Assembly (NCBI GenBank): GCA_013265495.1
Contig: MU059523.1
Span: 1,719,761 to 1,783,760 of the forward strand
Length of the DNA stretch: 64,000 nucleotides
Reading direction: 5' to 3'
Origin: Vicugna vicugna
Taxonomy: Eukaryota
Shown: positions 12,681-25,435 of the stretch, piece by piece
Numbering within the stretch: the stretch's first letter is position 1
How the letters are laid out: the number at the start of each line of letters is the position of its first letter
The notes under the pieces: model-generated
Told to the model about the DNA's origin: nothing
Seen by the model: only the letters and a program-made list of their open reading frames with translations
Database searches by the model: none
Program-made: the position numbers and the translations under genes

Positions 12681-14416
12681 GTAAGTACAGACAGGACCAG
12701 AAGGCCACTTCTTGGCTCTGAAGATAGTCAGTGCCAGCCCCAATATTTGCTCTACTGAACTGTGAGCATCACCCTCCCCAGTGGCCACCGCACACGAAGT
12801 GCTTCTGCTGTGTGCCTTTGGACTCCATCCTACTCATAGCTTCCCTGCCCGAGACCCTCATGCTGGGTCTCTGTACAGCCCTGGCCACACATGCCCTTCC
12901 TGGAAGCCCGTCATGCTTCGCACATCCTCCGCATACCTCCTCTTGCTCCCTCCCACCCTGTCCCACCAGAGCCCTTGGCCCTTTTTCTTGCACCACCGGC
13001 TCTCTGCTTGTTGCAATCTGATCAGTTCATTCCTTTAGGGGTGTTAGAAGATGATAATCATTTAACATGATATTTATCTTGAAAAATGTATTATGTCTTA
13101 AGAAGAGCTTCAGTGTTGTGAGCAGAGGAGGGACCTGGAACTTGCATGGAGGTGGGCGTTGTGGATTAGAGGCACCCAGGGTTGCCTTGGCACACTAGAG
13201 GGGTTTCTTCATGAACATGGGAAATGTAAGTAACTCACCTTGAGCTGTTGACAAAGTAAAACGTTTGGCCTCATGAGTCAGTCCTAGGCAACTCAGTTAC
13301 TTTAAGTTGACAACTCTAGGTTATGAATTCTTTTTTTTTTTTTCCTGAGTGGGAATGCAGTTCCAGAACAAGATGAGACTGGTGACTGGAAAAAAAAAAA
13401 TCAAAGAACGCTTATTTTGAGGGGATAAAGTTTGACTGCACTATGACACCTACCTTCCAGAGACTTCGTGAAGAGTAATGAGATACCTCTGAGCCCCAAC
13501 GCGTGGTGTTTGGCACACAGTCGGTGCTCAGTGACTACTGACTCCCGTGCACTCCTTTCTGGCCGGCTTCCTTCCCTCTCCACCGCTTCTGTCCTGTGCT
13601 CCCATCCTGTGCTGGTCCAGTTCTGTAACACATCATACCCGTACCTCCTGACGGTCATTTTCGCCGGCCCCTGGCAATGGTTAGGGTGAGCAGCAGTGTG
13701 GCTGGAGACATAGGCCCAGGGAAGCACCAGGGGGCCTTCCTCCCGTCCTGACTGCCCAGCTGTGTGACCTTGGATAAATCATTTCACTTCTCTGCTCCTC
13801 GGTCCCATTATCTATAAAATGAGCTCATTGATTCCCAATTTTTAAAGATTATGGTTCATTTAAGATTCCACATACAAGTGACATCATACCGTATTTCATT
13901 TAATAGTGTTTCCTGGGATCACTTCCCAGATGAACTATTTTCACTAAACTCCATGATTTGGTCTGCTTCCGGGGAAATCTAAACTAAGACAGGTGGTTTC
14001 ATTCAGTATCTCATTTATTCATTTGACAAATATTCATTGTGCTCTTATGGGATCAGGCGCTGAGCCTAGTTCTGTGGAAGATCTGTAGATGGGTGCTTGG
14101 CTGAAAATCTTCCATGACAGGAGGGGTTAACTGCAACCAGGCAAGGGATTAAGGGACCCCCGAGGTGCCCACCCTTGCTGGACTGCGATCTCTGGAACTT
14201 ACTATGGGGCCAGATGCACTGGCTGGCTGAGGACCTGGAGATAAAAGATCTAGCCCTGAGCAGTTTCTCATCCAACATGCACTGTCTTCCCCAGCCCCCA
14301 ACCACACAAAAGCCTCTTTATGTTACGAGGCCTGAGAAGATAGTTCTAGCAAATTTCACTCAGGGAAATGAGTAGCAGGAATAAAGAAGCACACGGCATC
14401 CTGTGTGTTTGTCCAG

Positions 14417-14545
14417 GTGTCTGTTCACATCAGAGGCACTTCCAGCGGCTGACCTGCCACAGGAGCTCATCCGGGCCTTTGAAGCCCACGGCCCTCTGGC
14501 CAGGAATCCTGCCCAGCAGCCTGGGAAATGGACGCTGCTCCAAGG
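14417..14545 (+). other. Candidate 129-nt frame-preserving internal exon (unverified)
   Basis: Acceptor tgtgtgtttgtccag|G and donor AGG|gtgagc. Phase 2-2, reading CLFTSEALPAADLPQELIRAFEAHGPLARNPAQQPGKWTLLQ. Confidence 0.25.
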
Positions 14546-15647
14546 GTGAGCCCTGAGCATGTCACAGAGGGCAGTTACCCCCATGGGGCGAAGGGAAGCA
14601 TGCAGACCTCCCTGCACCATTTGGGGTCTTGAAGAGAACCCAAGTGTTTTAAAAAGAAACATCCTGTAAGAGCGGCAGGCCTTCATTGCTGACAGACTGA
14701 GAACCTCAAAGCTGAATAAATGCCATTGGCTGTTCACCTTCCAGGAGGCCCAGGGAATGCTCATCACGCCTGAGTCAGAGGTGCAAAGGGGGCCTCCAGT
14801 CCTTCCCTCAATGCTGCAGATGTAGATGGAGGGTCGACCGTGCTCTTAGTGTGGGGAGCTTCCCAACCCGGTTCAGGAATTTCTTCTTCTGAACCCAAGC
14901 CCAAAAGACATTCCCAAACCTCAATTTTAATAAACATCAGTTACCGGGATCACGAGTTAAGCTAAAAGCTAATGGAGTTTAGTATTCAAATCAAGTAATA
15001 GAAATGCCATTTAAGCACGTTTTTGTAACTCTCCATATAATAAAGAGAGAGAGAGAGAACTGTATTTTTGTCTGCTTCTTTTTCCTAAGTGGCTTTTTTC
15101 CATTGCTTTGGATTCTGCCCTAAAGCCAGACTGTTTTATGCTGGGCAGCACTGGGGAGGCTCCTAGGGATGGAGGGGAGGAGAAACAGGAGATTTCCTTT
15201 ACTGTGTGATGTGTCCTCTTGGAGGGAAGAGGAACAGGCCAAGAGGGAGTCCACTGTGAGCTGTTTCTGCCACCAAATCATGGCACCATGGACCTGGGTG
15301 GCTGTCACTCTGCTACTGATCGCCCCGTTAAAGATGGTCACAGCCTAAGTCTGTGTCTCCCAATGAGAGGATATGTGTTCAGAAATGAAACATGATCACT
15401 TATTAATGTTATAAAGTGGCCTTTATCAAATTCATTTGATTTTTTAAATTAAAGGTCAAATCTGTAACAAATTAGCTTTTGGTACTAAAGTTTAATATTA
15501 GTAAAGAAATGGTGTGAGCAGAGTGGGTGAAACTAGGAACATGGTCTAGAACTGTGGAGTTTATCTCTCTCAGTAAGAACACTGATGCTGACTGTGTGCT
15601 AGGCTTTGGGCGTAATACAAAATAGAATAAGACTCCTACATAGAGCA

Positions 15648-15780
15648 GGGGAAGGTATAGCTCAGCAGTAGAGTGTATGTTTAGCATGCACAAGGTCCTG
15701 GGTTCAATCCCCAGTGCCTCCATTAAAATAAATAAACCTAGTTGCCTACCCCCACCAAAAGATAATAAAATTTTTTTAAA
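15648..15780 (+). mobile_element. Camelid tRNA-Ala-derived SINE (vic-1 type)
   Basis: 'ggggaaggtatagctcagcagtagagtgtatgtttagcatgcacaaggtcctgggttcaatccccagtgcctcc' plus A-rich tail. Imperfect TSD aagactc(c/a)tac at 15629-15639 and 15781-15791. Confidence 0.9.
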
Positions 15781-18767
15781 AAGACTCATACTTAAGGAGC
15801 TTACACTTTGACTAAGGGGCTAATGCAAATCTCAAAATAGTAGAGTATAATTTAGACTATAGTAATTCACATAAGAGAATAGCCATCAAAGTGATATAGG
15901 AAGAAGTAGAGGCCATCTTGGTTGTGGGAAATACATTCATTCATTCATCCATTCATTCACTAACAGTGAACGGAATAGACCCCACCCCCCGCATAGAGCT
16001 TACAGTCCAGGAGTGAGAAACAGACACTAAGCAGTATGCACACCAAATAAGTAAATCAACTGTTTTTTAAAGAGGTATTATATGCTAAGAGAAAAAGGAA
16101 ACAGAGTAGGAAAAGGAAGTAGTGCACCTGGGTGGGCTTCTGCAACGACCTTGACTTTCACACTGAATGGAGGGGATTCAGAACAGCAGAGTGACGTGAT
16201 CTGTTGACATTTGAAAAGGATCACTCTATACTGAGAACAGCTTCAGAAGGTGTTTGAGACAAACATTAAAACCATCACAGTCAGTGTCTGTTGAGCAAGT
16301 CCAACATGCCAGGCACCTTGATAATCAAGTATTGTGGATTTTCTAGTGCATCCTCCTATCAATGCTATGGAGTAGATAGCATTATTGTCCCTAATATACC
16401 CACAGGGATACTGAAGCTGAAAAGCTAAACACTTTGTCCAAAACCTCACATCTGTTGAATGTTCCAACCCCTAGCCTCCCTGCTTCCAGACAGCTCTGTT
16501 ACACTGGGTCTCAGGCTTTCTACAACCCACCGTCATGATGTGGATTTCCTATTCAAAAGCCTTAAAGGGTTCCTTTTTGGAAGCCCTCATTTGGGAACTC
16601 TCTGTTGCACCCAAGCCAAGAAATACTTGACTATAACGGTCAAGGCGCTACTGAAAGGAATGCAAATAATAACGCATATCAGGTCAAAGATTTTGTAATG
16701 TAATACAGCAGGAGTTACAAGATACATATCTGTGTTTAAAAAAATAAATTTTAGGCGAAAAGAATCAGGCAAACCAAAAGTCACTTGGGTTTAGAACTCT
16801 CAGCTCCTTGACCTTCAAACATGCCGCGCTCATGTGTCAGTTTATGCCCGGCCCTTGCACACTGGCCCTCACACATCTTTTCCTCCTTGTAGGACACAGC
16901 TAAGCACTGATTGCTATCATCCCCAATTTAGAGTTTAAGAACCAGGCTTAGGTTATGAGTAACTGCCAAGGATACCCAGCAAGGTGCCATCCTGGAATCA
17001 ACACTGTTCCTATTAACTCCAAATCCCATAGGCTTTTTACTATATCACATTGTCATTAGAGTAGAGGGAGAGGAGAGGGGAGAAGAGAACCGAGAGACTG
17101 TCTAATACAAGGAATGTATGACAGCCAGCAAAGTTAATGGCTGCCTAAAAGAGCACCCAACTGGGTGTAGGGGGAGGTGCCTCTTACCCAAAGGTGCGGA
17201 AACCAAAGCCAAATACAGCAAGAAGTACCAGCTGAATATGGAATGGGCCAGGTGCCAAGACAGTGGTAGGTCCAAAACCAGGGAATGATTTGGCCAAAGT
17301 CTGGGTATGAAACCCAAACTGCAGCTACTGAGACATACAGCAGAAGAAGTGGGGAGAATCTTAGGAAGAGCATTGGGAAGTCAGGGTGCCGGATAAAAGA
17401 GAAAGGTTCATACAAAAGAGGAGGGCACGGGATGTCACTGAAGGGACTGACAGCCACTACTGAGTAGAAGCACAGGGGAGGGGCAGGACCTCTGCGAAGG
17501 TGAGCCTCTGCCTTAGACCAAATGCCAGCTTCATGCAATGGAACAGGATGACAGACAATGCTAGGGCATCGGTTGGCGGAAGACCTCTGTGGTCTTAGAC
17601 TCTGTGGAGTGGACTTCTCCCCCACGCTCAGACAGGGGGTCAGGGCTGTCTCTTCCACAGACCCCTGCTGAGGCCCTGAGGTATTTCGGGTCTGGGGTCT
17701 GAGGACCGACACTTAATGTCCAGGATGCCTGACCAGACTTAGCCATACGCATCATTATTTAACTCACCCACTTTCGGTGTTAGGGGATCCTTACAAAGAG
17801 AGTGGTTTATTTATCTAGTAAACTGAAGTGACTTTTCCCTGTGCAGAACTTGTCTCTAAAATATATTTTAGATGAAATTTTGTAATATTTTTTTATCCAA
17901 GAGTCCTTTTCTCCAGCATTGGATTTTGGGGAGGTCAGAGGATTCAGATGAATTTCTTCCACTTTCTACTCTTTTGTCATATATGGAAGATCTGACCATC
18001 TTTGAGGAGCAGAGTGTATGATTCTTGCAAACTTACATTTCTTGTTTTGAAACCTTGACGTTATTGGGGCTGTATCTCCTCAGCTCCAAATGATAAAAAA
18101 GATTTGGTAATTATTTACTTTATAGTCAGCATCCTTGCATCTGACATTCAGGGTTCTCTTCCTCTGTCAACCCCTCAACTGCTGCTGGGAGCCCATGTGA
18201 TCATGTGGCAGCCCTGGAATGAGGCAGGGAGGACAGCAAAGTGAGGTGAAGAGTGCCTGGCTGAAGTCACCTCTTTTTCCCTCCTCAAAATTGAATGAGT
18301 ATCAAATCTCCTACTTCCATGCTAATATAATACAAGCTGAGGTTAGGATTTTCTCCCCTGCGCTAGCTGGGTGGATAAACTTCTCAAAGGAAAAAGCTAG
18401 AAGGGAAAGTTAAGGCACATTTAAATTTCAGTTGCTGGAAACATGAGGACAAGGCAGGGCTTGATGGATTGGTATCAAATTTGTCTTTAATGACTCTTAT
18501 CCTACATTCCTATCTTATGACAGGCAGCTGCAGGAGAACCAGAAATCCCAAATGCACCTTAAAGGGCACAGGAGGATTAAATAATGCTTGAAGGGTTTCC
18601 TGGTCTGTCAGACAAATTTTGGAACAAGCAGGACACGGCCCAGGGTCTCCAGAGTGACAAGCCCAATGAGCGATATCACTGACATTCTGAGTTCTTTTTT
18701 AAGAGAAAATCTATTTCAGGCTTGAAGGCTTTTATTTTCATTCTATCGTATTTCATGGTCCAGAGTT

Positions 18768-19077
18768 GCACTGTCAAAAATGATGACTACTGAACACTTG
18801 AAGTGGAGAATCAGAATTGAGATGTACTGTATGTGTTAAAAACACCCTGGACTTTGAAGACTTCATACACAGAAAGAATGTACAATAGCTCACTAATAAT
18901 TTTTATACCAATTACATATTAAGATGATAATATTTTGGCTATATTGGGTTAAATGAAATATATTCTTAAAGTCAATTTCACCTAGTTCTTGTAGCTTTTT
19001 AATGCAGTATCTGTAAAATTTTAAATTATGCATCTGGCTCACATGAGTGGCTTGCATTACATTTCTATTGTATAGCG
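18768..19077 (-). mobile_element. MER33 (hAT-Charlie) DNA transposon
   Basis: Reverse complement follows the recalled MER33 consensus from end to end ('atattgggttaaatgaaatatatt...ggctcacat...gcattacatttctattgtatagcg'). Confidence 0.8.
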
Positions 19078-19595
19078 ATGATCAGAAGAACATGTCTCTC
19101 TCAAGAATGTGAAATGTTTGTGACTTTACTCCACTTACAAGCTAAGAAGCCATCCAGCTACAGTTTAATGGATGCTAGTAGAAGATACGAGACTTCTTGG
19201 TTTATTTCTCGCAGCAATAGCAGTAGCCAGAATATCAGTGTATTTGCATCAGTTCTTCAAGCCCCAATTACACAGGGTGGTGTGCAAAGGGCCAGGGAGG
19301 ACCTCACAGGAGAGGAACTCGGAACTTAGAGAACTTAGGTCTTTGATACAAAGTGCAGCAAGCAAAACTGCCATTTGCTCCAGAGGAAGACACAATCTCT
19401 ATCTTCCAGGCTGTTAACAATACAAATATCCTTAAAAATGTACTCCAGAAAAAAGAATAGTCAGTGCATTGCTTGCAAGATATGCAGAAATGTGAGACAT
19501 CCATGGAGAATTGTCCACCAGCATTCTCATTTCCTTTATCTTCATAGACTATACATTTCTCTTTGGGGGTGTTATAATTCTACAGACTAATTAAA

Positions 19596-19707
19596 TATAT
19601 ATATATGTATATAAATTATACATTTAAATATAAATTATATAAATTTATATAGATAAATTATGTAAATATATATAATTTTAACTATATATATATATATATA
19701 GTTAAAA
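19596..19707. repeat. AT-rich low-complexity tract with (TA)9 inside a 32-bp perfect palindrome
   Basis: ttttaac-(ta)9-gttaaaa at 19676-19707, read directly from the sequence. Confidence 0.9.
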
Positions 19708-22700
19708 AGCCAGTATTAGTCCCTAACTCACTGTAATTTTCCAAAGGGTTTATCATTTCCTTATTGAATTGTATACTATGGTAAATCTTAAGCCTCACTT
19801 CCCTTCTCTGAAAAAGAACACATTTTCCTGAAATCATGACATTCAAAATTTACTTACATTGGCGATGTTATAGAAAAGTAATACGGGAATCAGAAAACTC
19901 AACTAAAATAGGCCACTTTTCTGGGCACACACACTTAAGAAACATTTGGAAGCACTGGCACTTTAAAAAAAAATTGTTTAACTAAATAGTGATTGAAAGT
20001 CTCCTCAAAGCCTAGACTCTGGAATCTCAGCTCCCATGACAGCAGGCAGGTCTGAACAGGCTCTGCCTCACACCCCGGAATGTTGCACCTTCAAAGCCTT
20101 TCACCAACATCAAGTAATTGGTTTTCACAGTGCAGTGGTGAGTTTGATCATTAAGTACTATTATCCAGATTTGACTGGCTTAATTCACTAGCCTCAGGCC
20201 CCAGCAGCCAAAGTCAAAACCAAGAGATGGATCCAGAATATCTGGCTTCCACGCTGTGTTAACATCCTTGGACTATGTCTATTTTTGCATATAAACACTC
20301 TTCCCTGTTCTTTTAAACACAGACAGTAAGTTACAGCTCATTCTGTAATACTATGTTTTTATTCTGTTGCTTAAAATCTATTTTATTTTAGTTCTTTTTA
20401 AATTATCACTATTTCACTTTAAATTTTTCATTCATTTGAATAGGTAGCAGATGCACACACAAAAGCAAAGAAAGAAGGAATGGATGCAGTAAGAGAAGTA
20501 GTCCACATTCCTCCTCTGTCACCCAGCCTCTGGCTTTCTCTGGAGGTCATCCTTCTTATCGATTTCTTGTCAATTCCTCCAGAGATAGACCATGCATTTA
20601 CAAATACGTCTCTTATGTTATGTGATAGATATGTGTGCTATACATACTTTTCTGCATCTTGCTTTTCTCACTTCGTTATTAACCTTGGAGATCATTGAGT
20701 ATCAGTTCCCTCCCTGCCTCATTCTTTGAGCTGGACCATATTATATTTAGTCAGTTTCCTCTTGGGGGCATGTAGATTGTTTCCAACCTTTGCTATAATA
20801 AGCAAAACGCATTTACTTATTTAGCCAACGCTTACCCAGGGCTTGCTTTGTTCCAGGCTCTGCAGTGAATATCCTTGTACTTACATTATTTCCTGCTTAT
20901 GCAAATAGGTGGGAGACACAGAGGTTCTGCTATTTTTCAGCTGTCCTTGGCAAACGGCTTACTCTTTCTGGGCCGCAGTTTCCTTATTTACAATATGAGG
21001 ATAATAGGACCTACCTCATAGATTTTTTGAGAGGATTAAATGAGTTAAATACATATAATGTCTATGTTTATATATTTGTAAAACATGGTATCTAATAGAA
21101 AATGTGTGTTCATTGTAGGTATAGTTTGCATTTCTCTAACCGAATTAATTTGAGCATCTCCCCAATTGTCTGTTTATATCCTTTGCTGTTTTGTTAATGC
21201 ATCGATCATCCACTTACTGATTTGTCAGGCCTTTTAAAATTTTCTGTGTGCATATATGTGTATACACATATAGTCAACATTGTAGTCCCTAAGCTGTGCC
21301 CAGGGTCCTGACCCACAGAAACCATGAAATGATAAATAACATTGTTTAAGCCATCAAGTTTTGGTGTATTTTGTTACACAGCAATGGAGAATACTATATA
21401 TATATGTATATATCCTTTTAATATATATAATGCACATTTATATATGTAAACACATATCTTTTTATACTATATATTTATATACATATATCCTTTGTCTATG
21501 TACGAATTAAAAATATTTTCCTGGTTTGTAATTTGTCATTTCACATTGTTTATTATTTTTCTTACCATGTAGATGTTTTTTATTATTATATAATCAAATT
21601 TATACATCTTTTTTGTATGGGTTCTGGGTTTTGTACCTTACTTGGAAAAGTCTTTCCTATTGTGAGATGATAAGAAAAATGATTTTCTTTTTTTCTCTGG
21701 TACTTTATAGTTTCTTTTCTCTGCAGTTAAATCATTGGCCTATCTGCAAATTATTTTAGTCTTAGGTGAAACAAGAATTACCTTCTTTTTTTCCAGCTAT
21801 ATGTTATAACTTGATTCCAATACCACTGAGACAATTTAAGAAAAAAATAGTTTAATCTCAGAGAGTTTTACCACTTACTAATGGCACAAAATTTATTTTC
21901 TGCAGTATGTGTTCTTTAGGAAGATGAGAGCGAGTATGGCCTTTCTCATCCAGCTCATTATTAGTAATAAATACTTGTCCTCGAGGGCCAGGGCACAATT
22001 AGCCTGTCTATTTACAGATCAAGGTATACCAGCACTCAGTCACAAAAGAAAGATGCCAGGAGCCCCAGAGCCAGAGGACTGAACTAAACTGTGACCCACA
22101 GAAACTACGAGATGATAAATGACATTACTTAAGCCACTAAGACTTGGGGTGACTTCTTACATAGCAATAGATAATACAATGAGCACAGATCAGAGTAGGG
22201 AGGTCTATGTAGAAGTGGACCATTGGCAGTTGTTTTCCACTTGCTTCTGTTTTCTCAGTGAGGAAGGAGGCAGGGTCATTAGCTGAGAGTGAGGGCACAG
22301 CGGGAGGTAACCAAGGTTTGAAGAGAGGTGACAGGTCTAAAATAGGGGCCAGGGCAGAGTAATAGGCCAGAGAAGCATAGTGTGATTGACAGGAGTCATT
22401 CAGGCTGAGTGAGATACATGGTCATGAGCGTGAAGTGAGAACGGTCAGCCTGGCTGTGTGGCTCGCTGCAGCCACGCTCTCTTGAGTGGGTGCAGGTCCA
22501 GAGCCAGCAGAGGTCTGGCTGTAGTCAGAACTAGGGTTTTGCCAGATGAGCACAATAAAGAAAGGCAAGGGTGTACGCAGAGGAGTGAATATAATGACAG
22601 GTCCCAGACTCCATGCTGGGTCAGTAGGAGACTGAAGAGACTAAAAAGGTGGTATGATTCATGGGCATAGGTCTTAGTGATGGCAGAGAGTTTTTAGTAT

Positions 22701-24548
22701 CAGAACTTCGTAGAAATGACCTGGAATAATAGGAAGTGATGTACAACCACTTTAACTAACAAAACATCATCATATGAATTCAAACTTTCTTATGCTCTTT
22801 GACTCGTCGATTCTGCTCCTAAAAACACTCTTGCAAATATGCACCAGGAGGTACATACAAGCTATTTATAGCAGCAGAGTTAATGATACTAAAAAAACTA
22901 GAAGTAGCCATGGAAGGAAAGAATACATAAATTCTGGTATATTCACACCATGGAATATTATACAGCAATTATACCAAACTACAGCAAGGCCCAACAACAT
23001 GGAGACGTCTTATTTATAGAATAGTGAGGAAAGGCGCAAGTTCCAATGATGACATGCAGCATAATATCATTTCCATAAAGTTAAAAAAAAGTGACTAAAT
23101 AACATACCACTTAGGAGTGCATACATATACAATAAAATCATTTTAAAAATCAAGAGAATTAAAAGCACAAAATTAGGGATAGTGGTTACTTCTGGAGAGG
23201 AGGCAAGGAAATGGGGTGAAGAAATAAGACACAGGTAGATACAAATAAAATGAAATAAATAAGATAAGAAGTAGCAGTCAGAGAGCCAGTTAGAACAAGA
23301 AGGTGAAAGAGACATTAGGAAGAAGGAAAATTCCTGATATACACTGAGTGGCAGAGGCAAAGAGAAAGTCTTGAGAGTTAGAGGAGGACGAGAGACAGGG
23401 TCTGTGAAGGAGACAGACAGATCTTCCAGAGATGAGAATCTGGGGGATAAGGGATGACCAGGATGTCTTGGGTGTCTGATGGTAACTGAATTCTGCAGAG
23501 TGAGGTTAGTCCAGAGGATCTCAAGGAAGATAATGCCACTGAGATTGTAAGTGTTAATGGATGGAGAAGAGTGAGTGTCTTGCCAGAAACATGCAAGAAT
23601 GTCTAAAGTCTGGGAGTGTCTTCAGTACTCTGATAGAGGCAGGGAGCCTGGGGCTGGGTGCCCCCTACTCCAGTCTCCTGCTGAAATAGTGAGCCAAAGC
23701 AGAGTTAGGAAGGTTCCATTCAAACTCTGCTTCTGTATGTCAACCACATCCCTCTCTCATGCTTTTCCAGAATCACAGCCAAAAGCATTCAGAGCCTGCC
23801 AGCTGTTACATAATACCCACCATTCTTTTTATTTGTCATTATCCATCGAACCCATTGAAATTATACCCACTGGCCAAAGACCTTGGGCCTGTATTCAAAA
23901 CCAAAAAACTCAAGAATAAAACAAGCAAAAGACCACTCATACAGAAGCTGTTCCTCAGGGTAGGGGGCCCATCCTGTGGGACAAGGAAGGGGGCCCAGAA
24001 GGGAATTATTCCCCTTGGGCATGGATTCAGACAGGGGGTCAGGGTGAAGGAGACCACCGCAGGGGCGGACAGATTCCTCTAGTCGTCCTTCATACTCCTC
24101 ATGAGGTGCTTTACACAGGACCTTGGCTTTGGCTGGTGATTCAACCCTAAAGGGCCCAGGGTAATTACATCATCAGTAGTGTCAGCCCACAATGGGCCAC
24201 AACCCTCCTGGATGGTTGATGTTTTTAAAAGTAATAATAATACTTGGACCAAGATTATGAAACAACTACATAATTATAGTCCCCATAATTGGAAATGGCC
24301 ATTATTAGTCATATGTCATGACTCCTTCCAGAAAGGGTAAAATTGTGTGGCTATACATTGGTATAAACTTAAAATCTGACCATTATCCCTATTTTAACTC
24401 AACGCAAAAAATATCTCTTTTAGTGTATCCTATACGCAAGGGCCCATACTAGGTCCTTAAGAGATAAGAGAAAAAGATGGCCATGCTTTCCATGTCTTCA
24501 TAAATCTTACAAGAGAGACAGATAAGTAAATGGAGATCAATAGTACAG

Positions 24549-25010
24549 GGAAGAGTGTTGTCCTGTTTGGAGTTCTACCAGAAGTAGATTTTGATACAAA
24601 CGTTCAAGCGCAAGTAGTTGGGAGGTGAAGGAAACGTTGACAGAGGAGTGGGAAAGTGAGACAAGGAGGGGAAGGCAGCCAGTAAAGGGGTTATCAAACC
24701 AGCCACCACTGTGGGTGACCAAGCTTATTCCTGCTGGAGAAATTCTGGAGGCCACTATTAAACACATGCCTCAGATTCGTCCTGGGAACTGGGATATTTA
24801 TACACCTTCTGATCATCATCGGTTGAGGGCTGCTTCTGGCCTGTGTTAATTCCTCCATCCTTTCAGCCAACAGCACAGGCAAACAAAACCAAGCTAAGTG
24901 GCCAGAAAAAGTCCTAAAGGGAAAAAAAAATGCTATTATAGCAGCTGGAAGTCATAAATTGAAGTAAAGGCGAGGAGACTTGGGAGGGCTATGAATCACA
25001 CCTGTTACAA
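24549..25010 (-). mobile_element. ERVL solo LTR (LTR16/LTR67B-like)
   Basis: Antisense ERVL U5/R text 'tgtcctgtttggagttctaccagaagtag...caagcgcaagtagttgggaggtga...gaaggcagccagtaaagggg'. Confidence 0.65.
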
Positions 25011-25416
25011 TTATAAAAACTCAGTAAATATGCAAATAACATAACTGAGAGATGGAACAAAGAGACCTAATTCTTGCTGTAATTTTAGAGAAGGCTTCCC
25101 AGGTGAGGAGGCTTTTGAGCTGGACCCCAGTGTAATGAAAATTTATCATTCTCATTTGGATCTCCTCTATTTGCATACTCCTTCTGTGAGGTGGGACTGC
25201 TCTGCTATGTAAGTCTGTGCCTCCTCAAGGGGGAAGCCAACACCTCTTTTTCCCAGCCTCCCTTGTAGCTGCAGAGTAGACATATGACTGCCAGTCTGAT
25301 ACACCCACGGTAAGACTTGACTTGGAGGTTCATGATGCAAATAAGGCACCGATCTAGCTAGTCCTAATGAGGATGGTGGCAGATACCTGCTTCCAACACA
25401 GCAGCAAGAGAAGGTC

Positions 25417-25435
25417 TAGCACCCCCTAGTGTCAG
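25417..25435 (-). promoter_or_regulatory. CTCF core motif, reverse orientation
   Basis: Minus strand reads ctgacactagggggtgcta against the consensus TGGCCACCAGGGGGCGCTA. Confidence 0.5.

Noticed and set aside
13721-13737. Weaker CTCF-like matches (gcaccagggggcct here, and cccctagtggca at about 28180)
   Set aside because: They deviate from the core at key positions and are expected by chance in 64 kb.
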